From IMG/VR virus record IMGVR_UViG_3300028886_000034, positions 182,081-246,080 of that record: 64,000 nucleotides of DNA. One strand, 5' to 3'. The stretch is from a virus. Its lineage: Duplodnaviria; Heunggongvirae; Uroviricota; Caudoviricetes. The position numbers were made by a program, and so were the translations under genes. The notes under the pieces were generated by a model, which was not told where the DNA came from, ran no database searches, and was given only the letters and a program-made list of their open reading frames with translations. This document shows, piece by piece, positions 19,001 through 29,212 of the stretch; positions within the stretch are counted from its first letter, which is position 1; every line of letters starts with the position of its first letter.

Positions 19001-21587
19001 TGGAGCTATAAAACTTCCAGAATTAATTGAAGATCTTAATACTAATATTAAGAATAATCAACTCGGGTTTAATGAAGAATTAGTTAAGTCTGCGATGATT
19101 GCTTCTGGAGTTACAAGAGCAGAAGAACAAAATGCTTTAATTAAATCTATAAATAAGGATGGTAAGGAGTCTTTTAAATCTGGGGTTGTAGATATTCTTA
19201 AAAAAGCGTTTAGCGAATCTGTAAAAGATGCTACTAAAGAATATAAGGATAAGAATAATAAGCCCCCTGAAAATGGCGAAGGATCTGGTAATAATAATAC
19301 TAATAATGACCTATCTGGAGCTTCGTTAGGTTCTTTAGCACAATGGTTCCAATCAGGTAAATTTAAAAAGTTTATAACAGAAAGTATTAATACTTTAGGT
19401 GAAAAGATAAAGGCTGGTTGGGAGTTCTTAAAGAATCAGGATTATAAGAAGATGTTCAGTTCAGCTATGGAAGTTTTCGGTGGAGTTTCTGGAAGTATAA
19501 TTAATACTCTTTTTGGGCAAGAAAAAGCAAATCAATGGATTGATTCGGCTATGGCATATGCTGATTCACATGGATATACATATGCTAAATCATTTTTAAA
19601 AGGTGCTAAAAATAGCTTATTAGATTATGCTAAACAGATTGCTGAGAATACTGGTAAATTAGTAGAACAAACAAGCGACGGGGGTTCATCCGGTTCTGGA
19701 AATGGGGTATCTTTACCTGGTGGCGGAGGAGCTAGTTTAGGTGGTATTATCGGCCAGAGTGAATTGGCTAAAAGTAATATTACCGGATCTCCTTCTAATT
19801 TAATCCCAGAAGAAAATTCGTCAGCAAAAATTGTCATGTCTAATTCTCATCGAGTAAATGCTAATAGGGTTTTTAATATATTGTCTAATGGCAAATCTCT
19901 TTATGACTCAAATGGAAATGTTAATATCAACGAAGATAATGCTATGCTTGGCTTCGCTTCCACCTATACTAGAGAAGGTGGAGTTGCAATTAATAAAAGA
20001 GAAATTTTACCCGGGACTAAACTTCAAAAAGGCGTTAACGATTTCTTTTGGTCTAAAGCCGGAATTTACGCTGCTTATTTACCTAAATATGTAAATGGTA
20101 ATGGAGGTAAATCAGCTGAATCTTTAGGGATTTCCTCAGAAATAGTAGCTAAGGTAAGATCTATTGTTGGAAATAGTGATCAAGTTATTACTAATTTTAA
20201 TGACCCGAAATTACAACGATTAAATCATGAAATTTTAGATAATCCCAAATATAAAAATGATTGGATTAAACTTGCATATAAAGTTTATAAAAATAATTAT
20301 TATACGCATTATAAAGATTGGCCATATCCTACAAATGTTTTATTAGCAGATAGGCAATATCAAGCTGGTGCTAAAACGTTTGATATTGCATATGCTTCTG
20401 AAAAATTAGGATATCAACCATCAAATAAAATTATTAAAAAGTTAAAAAGCTCTAACGGAAGATATTTATATACAGTCTATCCAGAAGTAACTCAATTCGT
20501 TTTAAATAAAGCTAAAGAGGATCCATATGGTGTTGGTGAATTATTATTAACTGGAAGATTATTAACTCCTGATTGGAAAGGAACGACTTATAGAAACCAC
20601 GGTGACGTTATAGCTAAAGTATATGGATATAGTAGAAAAGGTGTAGAATATTTTCATAAAAAATCTAAAAAGCATTACACAGTTGCAAAATCTTCTACAA
20701 ATACTTCTGGAAAACAAGAAGTACTTCCTGCAGCTAGTCAGGTAAATGCAAAACAAGATACAGTTCAATCACCTAGTGCATTAGCAGATAAACCGACTTC
20801 TGAACCGGTAAAGCCACAAACACCTGTAGCGGATAAACCGACTTCCGAACCGGCAAAGCCACAAACACCAACTCCAAATAGTCCATCTACTCAAAGTAGT
20901 CAGAACTCCGATTTATTAGATAATGAATACATAACTTTCTCCGGGAAACTTAATGCAAATAATCAATATGAACTTAGTTCAACTTTTGATAAGCCAGATA
21001 TAAGTTTATTAGATGTTTCAAACGATTCTGATTGGGGTAATATTGTTGATATTTCGACTATTAAAAATTTAGGCGAAACTATGGGATTCAAAGGGAATGC
21101 CTTATTTAAATTTATGAAAGATCAATATCTTTCAACTCGCACTAGTTTAAATAGAAGAGCTAAAGCATCTGCCTTAGATAATATTGAGAATTTATATAAT
21201 TCTGACAAATTAATGACATCGATAATACCTGGCAGTAAATTCATTCAAGGGTCTAAATCTCCATATAAATATGCTAATGTTGTAAAGAAATTACAGGCAA
21301 GAAAACTTACTGCTCAAAAGGCTAAAGAATTCTTAACTTCAAAAGAACTAACTGATGCTCAAAAGGGAGATTTAAAGGAATATATTAATATATTAACTCA
21401 GCTTTTAGGAATCGTTGTTCAAGACCACGGTAAAAGTGATGATAGAGCAATTCAGCTTACTAATGTTATTAATCAGCTTTCAAAACGTCAAGAAACTGTG
21501 GTACAAAATAGACCCTCAGGTTTACACAATCTTGGCAAGAGATTAGCTAAAGAAGCTAAAAAAAATAGTTTAAGTAAGGCGAGTTAA
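16002..21587 (+). CDS. tape-measure-like large virion protein with possible GH108-like muramidase domain
   Basis: 1861 aa, helical with W-spaced and hydrophobic segments; REGG...KAGIY...YKVYKNNYY...WPYPTNVLLADRQYQAG segment. Confidence 0.6.
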   Translation: MADNLNSTSSHGLLNSLGGMTRSTPNIVPQRVNPSGGGLLNNNVNSTSLANVNLQRQQTNTNQVDTRLMSSLNINIDKLSIKFDESIKTQTTELKNSLGDIRKSITEGFESVTNLMSQLFQDRTALLQEQMAIQEKLSEHEQYFNGFISTFISKKFKSLTDSVNLISLKDVKETIVRFTTQNDKIAKFLELTPLSYLKPTAKLAPFTEELSDAIKSSAKSMAEVSAYIQSQYQLNQEILDQVTKPQMKIMVNYLKQNNMLIKHASDSTKYLASIYQMLHYNFKEKPEKELRQEQTKLNNAQSSLKTINDKIRYGQTLSPSDRKNAQKYQTQIEESTKKISDIRTDKSKIFDTKIKLDKKPNYNVKEFSKLSGTIDNLVQQLRQNVISVDNNTSEIQKAVSASDIFKKIGLSLLNPMTWGKLIFGSPITKLMKYIFYYNIAKTGIDWGRKGLNYVKGIELPIKRENGTPYTIGSVFGSGYNAVKKYAIDPLLSGIKSIFKWMLGEEWFTKVSSTLTTIKDSISTVWNAMFGSEIEQAQGRKRIGEFLSEYIQKGVAVLTKTLLQVASLYTGIKALQNPDKLKDAFSKVGLTKVVEKTRGLIGLNQDQRIIRDAQLQGMAKMAHDEYGTLHNVQIKDGKVLVEVPKEASRFRSVNFLREKFGFNTTMKEYVPNRDGEYYKKYATYDNQGNMVATPEAYFGREAYYKSKGFDINDPNIHKNDRAVLDANFDQQRNSIKPNLMQRAWTGAKNLPFIGKGFGVLGSVFRGLGAFASGLQAVLGPIFLVVSAFKVVAMVINGITSIYDKFAGKSKDPGGAITSGMAKMVGSWLKSFFTTTGSVLKKVFTAIPSIFLGAFQGVWKFIRREGPGLVVSSLKASIWLFKTVIWEPIKWLGAKIKMGLEWLGSKLTFGRWKPEWMKDPTKVAIEKHKFDNGGIFNKNPYLYTAAASIDLEQLKNLDPTKIKDSLIYHQIKDITENNRSKLDSDLVEGYELLLERLDQVHSGAIKLPELIEDLNTNIKNNQLGFNEELVKSAMIASGVTRAEEQNALIKSINKDGKESFKSGVVDILKKAFSESVKDATKEYKDKNNKPPENGEGSGNNNTNNDLSGASLGSLAQWFQSGKFKKFITESINTLGEKIKAGWEFLKNQDYKKMFSSAMEVFGGVSGSIINTLFGQEKANQWIDSAMAYADSHGYTYAKSFLKGAKNSLLDYAKQIAENTGKLVEQTSDGGSSGSGNGVSLPGGGGASLGGIIGQSELAKSNITGSPSNLIPEENSSAKIVMSNSHRVNANRVFNILSNGKSLYDSNGNVNINEDNAMLGFASTYTREGGVAINKREILPGTKLQKGVNDFFWSKAGIYAAYLPKYVNGNGGKSAESLGISSEIVAKVRSIVGNSDQVITNFNDPKLQRLNHEILDNPKYKNDWIKLAYKVYKNNYYTHYKDWPYPTNVLLADRQYQAGAKTFDIAYASEKLGYQPSNKIIKKLKSSNGRYLYTVYPEVTQFVLNKAKEDPYGVGELLLTGRLLTPDWKGTTYRNHGDVIAKVYGYSRKGVEYFHKKSKKHYTVAKSSTNTSGKQEVLPAASQVNAKQDTVQSPSALADKPTSEPVKPQTPVADKPTSEPAKPQTPTPNSPSTQSSQNSDLLDNEYITFSGKLNANNQYELSSTFDKPDISLLDVSNDSDWGNIVDISTIKNLGETMGFKGNALFKFMKDQYLSTRTSLNRRAKASALDNIENLYNSDKLMTSIIPGSKFIQGSKSPYKYANVVKKLQARKLTAQKAKEFLTSKELTDAQKGDLKEYINILTQLLGIVVQDHGKSDDRAIQLTNVINQLSKRQETVVQNRPSGLHNLGKRLAKEAKKNSLSKAS

Positions 21588-21601
21588 AAGTTATATATAA
21601 A

Positions 21602-21657
21602 ATAACTCTTCTAAATTACATTATATTCAATGTCTTTTAGAAGAGTTATAATTTTTT
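21602..21657 (+). terminator. inverted repeat / probable terminator
   Basis: ATAACTCTTCTAAA/TTTAGAAGAGTTAT stem then T-run. Confidence 0.6.
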
Positions 21658-21669
21658 ATAAAAAGGAAG

Positions 21670-24600
21670 GTGAAAATCATTACCATGTTTACTGAACTGA
21701 AATATGGCAGAGATTTAGCGAATCAACGCGCACAAGAATCTGCTGAATCTGCGGCTAAACGAGCACAAGAAAGCGAAAGATTGTCAAAAGTGGCTATGCA
21801 AGCTATTCAAGATCCAACTGTAGTGGCTATATTAACGGATCCCCCTAAATCTACGGTAATTAAATCATCTACGCCAGCCACTCCAGTTAGTAAAGCTATG
21901 GACGACAAAACTGCATTTCAAACGGCCTCTAGAACTAGTGGCAATGTTGTGGTAATGGACTATGAGGACGGAATAGTCATGGAGGGAGATCCAGAATCTG
22001 GATATATTACCACATACGAAGGTAGTGGGATTTTTGATGGAGGTCATGAGGCAGCCATTGGCGATATTAAACGTGTTGAAATTGCTCAATTAAATCATGA
22101 ATTATCAGAACTAAAAACAAAAGATAATTCTAATTTACTTGACGCAAAGGTCTACACAGCTACTGGAGCTGTATTAGAACAAATTAAAACTGGGGCTATT
22201 ACTACCGAAGATCAATTTCAGCAAGCTTTAAATCAAGCGTCTAATGGATTTTCAGCAGAAGATAAAGAAGATATTAAAGTTATTTGTCGTTCAGCATTTA
22301 ATGCTAAAATAAAGAATGGAGATAATGATGCATTTAATCAATTATTAGCGTCTAACCAGAGTTCTCTAGAACAAGCCACGAAAGGTCTGAGTTCTGAAGA
22401 TCAAGCAAGAGTAAAAGAAATTGAATCTAGACTTGCTGAATTAGAAGATTCGGAAGGTGGGGTTCATTCAGTTCTTGAAGATGGCCCACCATATATGAAA
22501 ATGATAAAAGATTCAGATCCTGATGAAATTAAAGCACATTGTGCTGAAGTTAGCGATACCTATAAAGATGGTTTTGTGGGCTGCGGAAATGGTGGGTATT
22601 GGAAATATCTTACAGAATCTGGCTTATATACGGACCCAAAAGGTTTAGCATTTGTTAAATCAGATAATGTATCTGACAAATTAAAATCTATAGACCCTAA
22701 AGAGCAACAATTTTTAGTCGAGAATACAGCGAATATTTTAAACGACGAATCATTATCATACCCTATTGACCCCTCTAATCCTAAATATAAAAATACAACT
22801 GATAAAGTTCTTATTATGAAAAAAGATGGTGTCGAAACTAAACAAGGAATAGAGTATCATAAATTGTCTCCAGAACAGAAAAAAGCAGTAGATCAATTAC
22901 AAGAAAAAAAGTTAGTTGTAGATGCTTATCCTTCAGAACAAAATAAACCAGATCAAGCTAATAACGAAGATGTGAAGCCTCCAGAAGAAGCAAAAGAAGA
23001 CCCACAAAATTATTTACCTCCTGATAACTATAATAAAAAACAATTTATGCAGATAGCTAATCATGATAAAGTTCCATATGTTAGAGTTAATGGGTATAAT
23101 AAAATAAGATTTCCAAATGTCTGGTCTGGTAGATACGCAATTGATCTAATGGGACTACCTCCTACTCGCGTTCAAAGAGATAAAGAAGTTCCTGCAATAA
23201 GTAAAAATGCATTTGACTTAGTTGCAGTAGATGCAGAAGAGTTAGTTCCTGGGATGTATATTTATGATGAAGATGAACAACTTAAAAAATCATTTTTAAA
23301 ACTTACCATACATCCAATTGATATTGAAAGTGTCTATGGAATGAATGGAGAAAGATTAACTGAAGATCAAGTTAATAAAAATAAAAAAAAATATATAAAC
23401 AAAAGCGCGGTTTTAACAGAGATAGAATATAATTTTGCTGTACAAGCAAATAGTCAAATAACCTATTCACATCAAAATAATTATGCTGCTTCTGGAATAG
23501 AGGGAATGGTTGGAGGCATGTTTGGTTCAATTGCAGATACGATTAATCAAACTTCCTCTTTATCTCAGGTTGGTGGAGGAGCTGCTGGAAATTTATTTAA
23601 TTCTGCGGCAGCATTAGGTAATAAACTAGCAAGTGCCGGTCAGCAGATGACGAAAGAAACAATCGATACATTAGCAGGGTCTATACCTCAAGATTGGGAC
23701 CAAGCTTCAAAAGATACAGCTTCAATGTTTTTAGGTGCTTTTAAAAATCTTGGGGATGTTGCTCTTAGTAGATTAGCTGGAGGAAGAATAGATCTTCCCG
23801 ATGTTTGGACGGATTCTCAAACAAACGTTCAACATAGCTTTACATTAGAATTTAGAACAATGAACCCGGACCCTTTGAGTGATCAGTACTTCAAAGACAT
23901 TATTTTGCCAGTATATATTTTATTAACATTATCTTTACCTACTGATACTAAAGGTATAGTTTATAAAACTCCTCCGTATATTTCTTGTAATTTAGATCAG
24001 TTATTTGAGATACGAATTGGTGCTATTACAAGTATTTCTATAGACCCCCATCTAGAAGAAGTTAATTTTAAGAGAGCTCCTAGGCACGTTACAGTACAAA
24101 TAACTATTAGAGATCTATATTCTGTTATGAAACAAAAAGCTTATGATGCTGATAATGATGATAAAGGAATTGGAGATGAAAATGAAGATACGGTTACTAA
24201 AGATAAGTTTATAAACAACTTTGTTAAGTATGCTCAAAGTTTAGATAAAAATAAAACTCCTGTTACAAATGAAGCCTATTACTTAACAGAATTTGCTAGA
24301 ATTCCAGCATATATGATGGCTTTAGAAAATTATAAATTAGAACAAGCTGCTAAAAATTTAAGTAAATTAAATCTTGCATCAGTAAATGCTTCAACTTCAA
24401 GTAAAACTCCTAATAATCCTGTTTCCTCAGATACAGCAAAATTAGCACAATCATTAGCTAATAATGTAACTAAATCTGCTCAGATATTAAAGGATGCTAA
24501 AGGTAAGACTAGTTTTATTACATCTATTGGAAATGCTATTACTGGAGTGACAAAGGGAGTTAAAAATATTATGGCTGGAGTTCAATCTGCCATTCAGCCA

Positions 24601-25530
24601 GTAAGAAATTTAATTAATACCGGTAAGATGGTCATGAACTCAGTCAATGGATTAAAAAATTCAGTTAAGTTAATAGGCCAGACAGCTAATTTAGAAGGTA
24701 TTTTAAATGGGCAGTTTGCATCTTCAGTAGGGTTTGCATTTAGTAATGTAGCAAATGCTACTGGGGTAGTTGAAGCTATTTCAGATGCATGTGCTGGTGG
24801 TGGTAGTTTCAAAACTATTATGAAGAATTTAGGTCAAGTTCCTGAAAGAGTTTTAACTAATAATTTAGCTAATGCTGTAACTGATTCTGGCTCTTTAAAT
24901 TTAAGTAATCAAATCAGAAATGCTGCATGTACTTGGTATGGATTAGCAAATATGTTTGGTCAAACTTATCCTAATGTTGTGGGATTAAAAGATTTAACAA
25001 GTAGAGGTTCAGATATTACAAGCATAGCTACTGTATTATTTGATAACTTAGGCGGAATCGCTAATGGGATCAACTCATTTACTACAGGGCAAAGTGTTGG
25101 TTCTACTTCTGGGAATACAACTCAAGTAGATCCTTTATTATCACAGTATGTTTCAGCTACCTTAAAAGGAGCAACTGCTAAAGGAGTTATTACTGCTGGA
25201 GAAGCCTCTTCAAATCAAAAAGTACAATCTGAATTAGCTGAAGCTACTCAAGTAGCTAAAGAGCAATTAACCGCAACACCAGATGTAGTTGTTAAACTTG
25301 AAGGAGCTTATGCAGAGGCTATTAAAGAAGCAAAAAAAGCTTATGGAGAGGGTAACAAAGCCAGAGCTGCAGCATTTATGCGAGCTATTTCAGATCAAAT
25401 ACCTCCTGAAGAACTAAAAACTACTGTTGATCAGTTAGAAAAAAAATTTGAAACTTACTTGGCTACTGCAAAAAATAATGAAAAAGAAGCTAGACAATTA
25501 GCTTTAACTGAAATATTAGAAAAAGGTTAA
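21670..25530 (+). CDS. large virion protein with baseplate/tail-tube-initiator-like central domain
   Basis: GRIDLPDVWTDS..HSFTLEFRT..ILPVYILLTLSLP..PPYISC..GAITSISI..VQITIRDLY recalls jumbo-phage baseplate proteins; start uncertain (21670/21679/21685). Confidence 0.55.
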   Translation: MKIITMFTELKYGRDLANQRAQESAESAAKRAQESERLSKVAMQAIQDPTVVAILTDPPKSTVIKSSTPATPVSKAMDDKTAFQTASRTSGNVVVMDYEDGIVMEGDPESGYITTYEGSGIFDGGHEAAIGDIKRVEIAQLNHELSELKTKDNSNLLDAKVYTATGAVLEQIKTGAITTEDQFQQALNQASNGFSAEDKEDIKVICRSAFNAKIKNGDNDAFNQLLASNQSSLEQATKGLSSEDQARVKEIESRLAELEDSEGGVHSVLEDGPPYMKMIKDSDPDEIKAHCAEVSDTYKDGFVGCGNGGYWKYLTESGLYTDPKGLAFVKSDNVSDKLKSIDPKEQQFLVENTANILNDESLSYPIDPSNPKYKNTTDKVLIMKKDGVETKQGIEYHKLSPEQKKAVDQLQEKKLVVDAYPSEQNKPDQANNEDVKPPEEAKEDPQNYLPPDNYNKKQFMQIANHDKVPYVRVNGYNKIRFPNVWSGRYAIDLMGLPPTRVQRDKEVPAISKNAFDLVAVDAEELVPGMYIYDEDEQLKKSFLKLTIHPIDIESVYGMNGERLTEDQVNKNKKKYINKSAVLTEIEYNFAVQANSQITYSHQNNYAASGIEGMVGGMFGSIADTINQTSSLSQVGGGAAGNLFNSAAALGNKLASAGQQMTKETIDTLAGSIPQDWDQASKDTASMFLGAFKNLGDVALSRLAGGRIDLPDVWTDSQTNVQHSFTLEFRTMNPDPLSDQYFKDIILPVYILLTLSLPTDTKGIVYKTPPYISCNLDQLFEIRIGAITSISIDPHLEEVNFKRAPRHVTVQITIRDLYSVMKQKAYDADNDDKGIGDENEDTVTKDKFINNFVKYAQSLDKNKTPVTNEAYYLTEFARIPAYMMALENYKLEQAAKNLSKLNLASVNASTSSKTPNNPVSSDTAKLAQSLANNVTKSAQILKDAKGKTSFITSIGNAITGVTKGVKNIMAGVQSAIQPVRNLINTGKMVMNSVNGLKNSVKLIGQTANLEGILNGQFASSVGFAFSNVANATGVVEAISDACAGGGSFKTIMKNLGQVPERVLTNNLANAVTDSGSLNLSNQIRNAACTWYGLANMFGQTYPNVVGLKDLTSRGSDITSIATVLFDNLGGIANGINSFTTGQSVGSTSGNTTQVDPLLSQYVSATLKGATAKGVITAGEASSNQKVQSELAEATQVAKEQLTATPDVVVKLEGAYAEAIKEAKKAYGEGNKARAAAFMRAISDQIPPEELKTTVDQLEKKFETYLATAKNNEKEARQLALTEILEKG

Positions 25531-25550
25531 TAAAGGAGCAACAATTATAA

Positions 25551-25856
25551 ATGACAGACCTTAATTTATTTAATATCTTAATGGTAGTAAATTTTGCTAG
25601 ATACATTAACAAAGAACTGGGTACTAATATAGTTGTAACTCCAGACGGTCAAATAATTAAAGAGTTATCTAACTTTATGACTAAAGATGGTACAGAATTA
25701 ACTGAAGCTCAACTTAAGCAAATGGCAATTAATTATGGTAATGGTATGAGTAAATTTTTTGAAACTTGTGCTACAATTACTGTAGATGCTGCTTCAGCCG
25801 GAATAGCTAATGAAATGGCAGGAACTGACCCTAACATTACTATAACTATAAGTTAA
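25551..25856 (+). CDS. hypothetical protein
   Basis: 101 aa, AAGGAG RBS. Confidence 0.7.
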   Translation: MTDLNLFNILMVVNFARYINKELGTNIVVTPDGQIIKELSNFMTKDGTELTEAQLKQMAINYGNGMSKFFETCATITVDAASAGIANEMAGTDPNITITIS

Positions 25857-25863
25857 AAAAAAA

Positions 25864-25916
25864 AATAAAAAGAAGAGAACCGTATGCATACAGCATATAG
25901 TTCTCTTCTTTTTATT
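25864..25916. terminator. bidirectional terminator
   Basis: AATAAAAAGAAGAGAAC...GTTCTCTTCTTTTTATT between convergent genes. Confidence 0.8.
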
Positions 25917-25925
25917 ATTCCTTGG

Positions 25926-26000
25926 CTACAGCAATGCAATAATTGCAGCCTTTCCAAGGAATTTCAACACAAACCAGCCAAGCATAGGAGAGAACCCCAT
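25926..26000 (-). CDS. 24-aa hydrophobic micropeptide MGFSPMLGWFVLKFLGKAAIIALL
   Basis: GGGAGGTG RBS 6 nt before ATG; own promoter motif and terminator. Confidence 0.5.
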   Translation of the reverse strand: MGFSPMLGWFVLKFLGKAAIIALL

Positions 26001-26157
26001 TCAGTTCACCTCCCTTCTTGGTGGTTTTGTTTTGTTACCAGGAGTTAGGTTCAAATAAACCCACTCCTTCCCTTGAAGTTTAACTTCAAGGTATCTACCA
26101 CCTTTCACTAAATTATACCCACTTCTATAATATTATAGAAAACAGAGGATACAGTAT

Positions 26158-26173
26158 TATAATATACATATAA
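26158..26173 (-). promoter_or_regulatory. putative early promoter motif TTATATGTATATTATA
   Basis: Variant of the recurrent motif. Confidence 0.5.
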
Positions 26174-26175
26174 AA

Positions 26176-29090
26176 TTAAGCTAAAGGATCAATCCCCATT
26201 GCAGTACAAACTGCATTAAAATATTCTCCCGAACCAGATAACTCTACCTCTTCACTAATATCTGCAGCGCCATTTCTTATAATATCTGATAAAACTTGAT
26301 TTTTGATATTCTGGTTATCTGCTGATACCGCAAACATTTGTTTTAAAACTTCTTTTCCTTCGCTACCATAAGAGAGTAAAGACCAAGTGTCCATTTCGCC
26401 CATTTTCTGACCACCTTCTCTAGCTTTTCCTCTAGTAGGGTTCATAGTAGTTTTAATGTATCTTCCAATATTCCTGGCATGACTTTTTAAACCAGCAATC
26501 TGTTCAAGTCTCTGGAAATAAAGCATACCTATGGCTACAGGATATTTAGTCTTTACATTAGGCCCTAGTTCAGGTAAATATAATTGTTCTGCTAGGGGTA
26601 TTCCTAATTTCTTTGAAGTAGCTATTACTTGGTCTATAGTATCTCCTTGGAATGGTGCTACAATTAACTTAAATCTATTTTTTAATGTATCTTGAATGTA
26701 TTTTTCAAACTCCTGATTATCCATAGATTTAAGATTCCTTGCAATTCCAGTAGAATAAACTTTATTATCAGTATTATCTAATCCACTGTATAAGTCTATT
26801 ATAAACTTTTCAATTTCATTTCTACTAGCACCATTATCAACTAATTTTTTAAGCATTCTGGTGGCATCATCCATTATCTTACCTGTGGCACATTCATGTA
26901 ATTGCCCAACATTCATTCTTCCAACTACGCAAAGACTATGATAAATAACGTCAATAACTCTTCCGTCCATAGTTCTCGGCATTTTATCATCTGGAAGAAT
27001 CTTAGTGATAACTCCTTTACCACCATGTCTGTTCGTAAGTTTATCTCCTAATCTAGCTGGCATATATGAGATTAAATCTACTAAAACTTTATTTCCTTTA
27101 AACACTTCATTGTGATCTGTAAATTTTCCCGCATTTTCTAATAAAAACTTTTTATTAAATAATCTTTTGCCACCAGCTTGAGATATAACTGAATCTGTTT
27201 TAGCATAATAGTTGTCTGTATAGTTTATTAAAGGCAATATTTGATTAATATTCCCGTTAGGGAAAAATTCTACATTAGTTACTTTACAATCATTAGGTGC
27301 TATTATTTCATAATCATCTGCTAATGCCATATCTCCTACTATAGATTTTCTTACTTTTAAAACTGTATCTCCAGTCTTAAACTCATCACCTATTTTAGGG
27401 AATACGTCAATTTGATCATTATCTAATAATGTAATTTCTATTTTATCGTGATGAATTGAAGTTACTCTATTTGCAAAACTTTCAGAGACTACAAAACCGT
27501 CTTCATAGTTATATCCCATATAGCTCATATATGCAACTAATGCATTGACACCTTGAGTTAAGGTAGGACTAATGTATTGATTTTTAGCTAAGATTTTAAA
27601 CTTATCAACTTTATCTCCAGGTTTAACAAGAGGAGTAAAAGTTAAAGCTGCATTTTTTCCAGAACCTGATATTAATCTACTTGGTCTAATATCTATAATT
27701 TGATTTTTTCCAGATTTACCTTGGACTATAATAACGTTATCATCAACATATTTAACTACGCCATCTTCATTAGCTTTTTTAGCAAAAGTTGAAGAACACA
27801 TTGCTGGAATAATTGTTTCAGCTCCAGTAGATATAATTGGGGATTCTGATTGAAGTACCGGCACAGTTTGACGAGCTTGGTTAGCTGCCATGATACCTCT
27901 AGCCTGGTCATCAGCATCTACATAAGGAGTTGCCGATAAAGCGGGGCCCATAATTTGAGTATTTTTAGGGTTAGCTTCCATCGGCATAAACCCATGTTGA
28001 GCTTGGTCATACATATGACCTAAAGATAAGAAAATTCTAGCTCCCGGATCACCTTCAGAAGTATCTGTAGGGTCTAAGTTTCCAAAGTGCGAATTTCTAA
28101 CTGCTCTATCTCTAGGCATTATAGCATCTGGATTAGGTAATCCTCCTGGGCCAGCAATTCTAACTGCAGCATAATTACTAACCTCTTCAATAGGATTTTG
28201 TTCCTGAAGTTGCTGTAAAGCACCCTTGTCTCTAAAAAACTTAGTTACAAATGACTGATCCACAGAAACTTCTTTATCTGGGTCATACAGATGCTTTCTT
28301 TTAAAATTAGAAACTCCCTGAGCAACTCCTCTTTCAACAGCATCTACTATAATATCTGTAGTTTTCAAATAAACATTCTCAATACTAAGTTTATCGGAAG
28401 TTCTTCCGGACATTGCTAATTCTGCACAATATGGAATAATGTCTTTTAAAGTAGTTGGTAAATTATTTGATTTAAGAACTGATTCAGTTTGAACATCAAT
28501 AATATATTTGATAACTTGAGCCAAAATATATTCAGATTTAGCTTGTCCTGTATAAGCTCTTAAAGCCATAAAAGCATCCTGTACTGAAGATATTGACTTA
28601 AATAAATACTTTTTACAAACTAATCTTAATCCAGTTAAAATAACTCTATGGTCTATTCTGTTTTTATCAAAACTTTCAATAACTAGCCATTTTTCTCCAT
28701 CTAATGGATAGCATAACTTTCCTCTTAATTTAGTCTCACTAATACTATAAGGTATTTCATAATGCCTCAAAACACCTTCAAGGCCTAATATTAAAGAATA
28801 TAACAGTATTAAAGGAAGTTTAAATCCTCCACAATAGCATCTAACATCTTCCTGTTTATTAAAGATACCATAGTTAAATGATATTGAAGAATAATTAGTT
28901 CTAATTTGACTTTGATTCTTTCTTACTATAAAAATAGGCAAAGTTGCCATTATTGTCGGGAAGAACCACTTCAATCCGCCGGAAACAACATATCTATCTT
29001 CTTTAATTTGTGGTACTCTAAATTTAAGAGTAACAGTTTTTCTAGTCGGAGTAATGCATTTAATATTAATAATATCAAAGTCAGAAGGAT
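26176..29090 (-). CDS. rpoB: phage RNA polymerase beta subunit, exon 2
   Basis: GPGG, HFGNLDPTDTSEG, DDQARGIMAANQARQ, GYNYEDG, GDKLTNRHGGKGV, RMNVGQ, GGQKMGEMD; frame open upstream of the track start to the splice site at 29090. Confidence 0.93.
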
Positions 29091-29212
29091 CTGGCGTGTA
29101 GGTTCATTTGGTTTCATTGCTGAAACTAACTTTACCCACAAGTCAACGCATTAATAGCGTTCCTGCGCATCTCGGCCAAAGACCTTGATACGTCTTACAT
29201 AGAACTCATGCG

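Noticed and set aside
28906-29154. Plus-strand 82-aa ORF
   Set aside because: Antisense to beta exon 2 and intron 3' end
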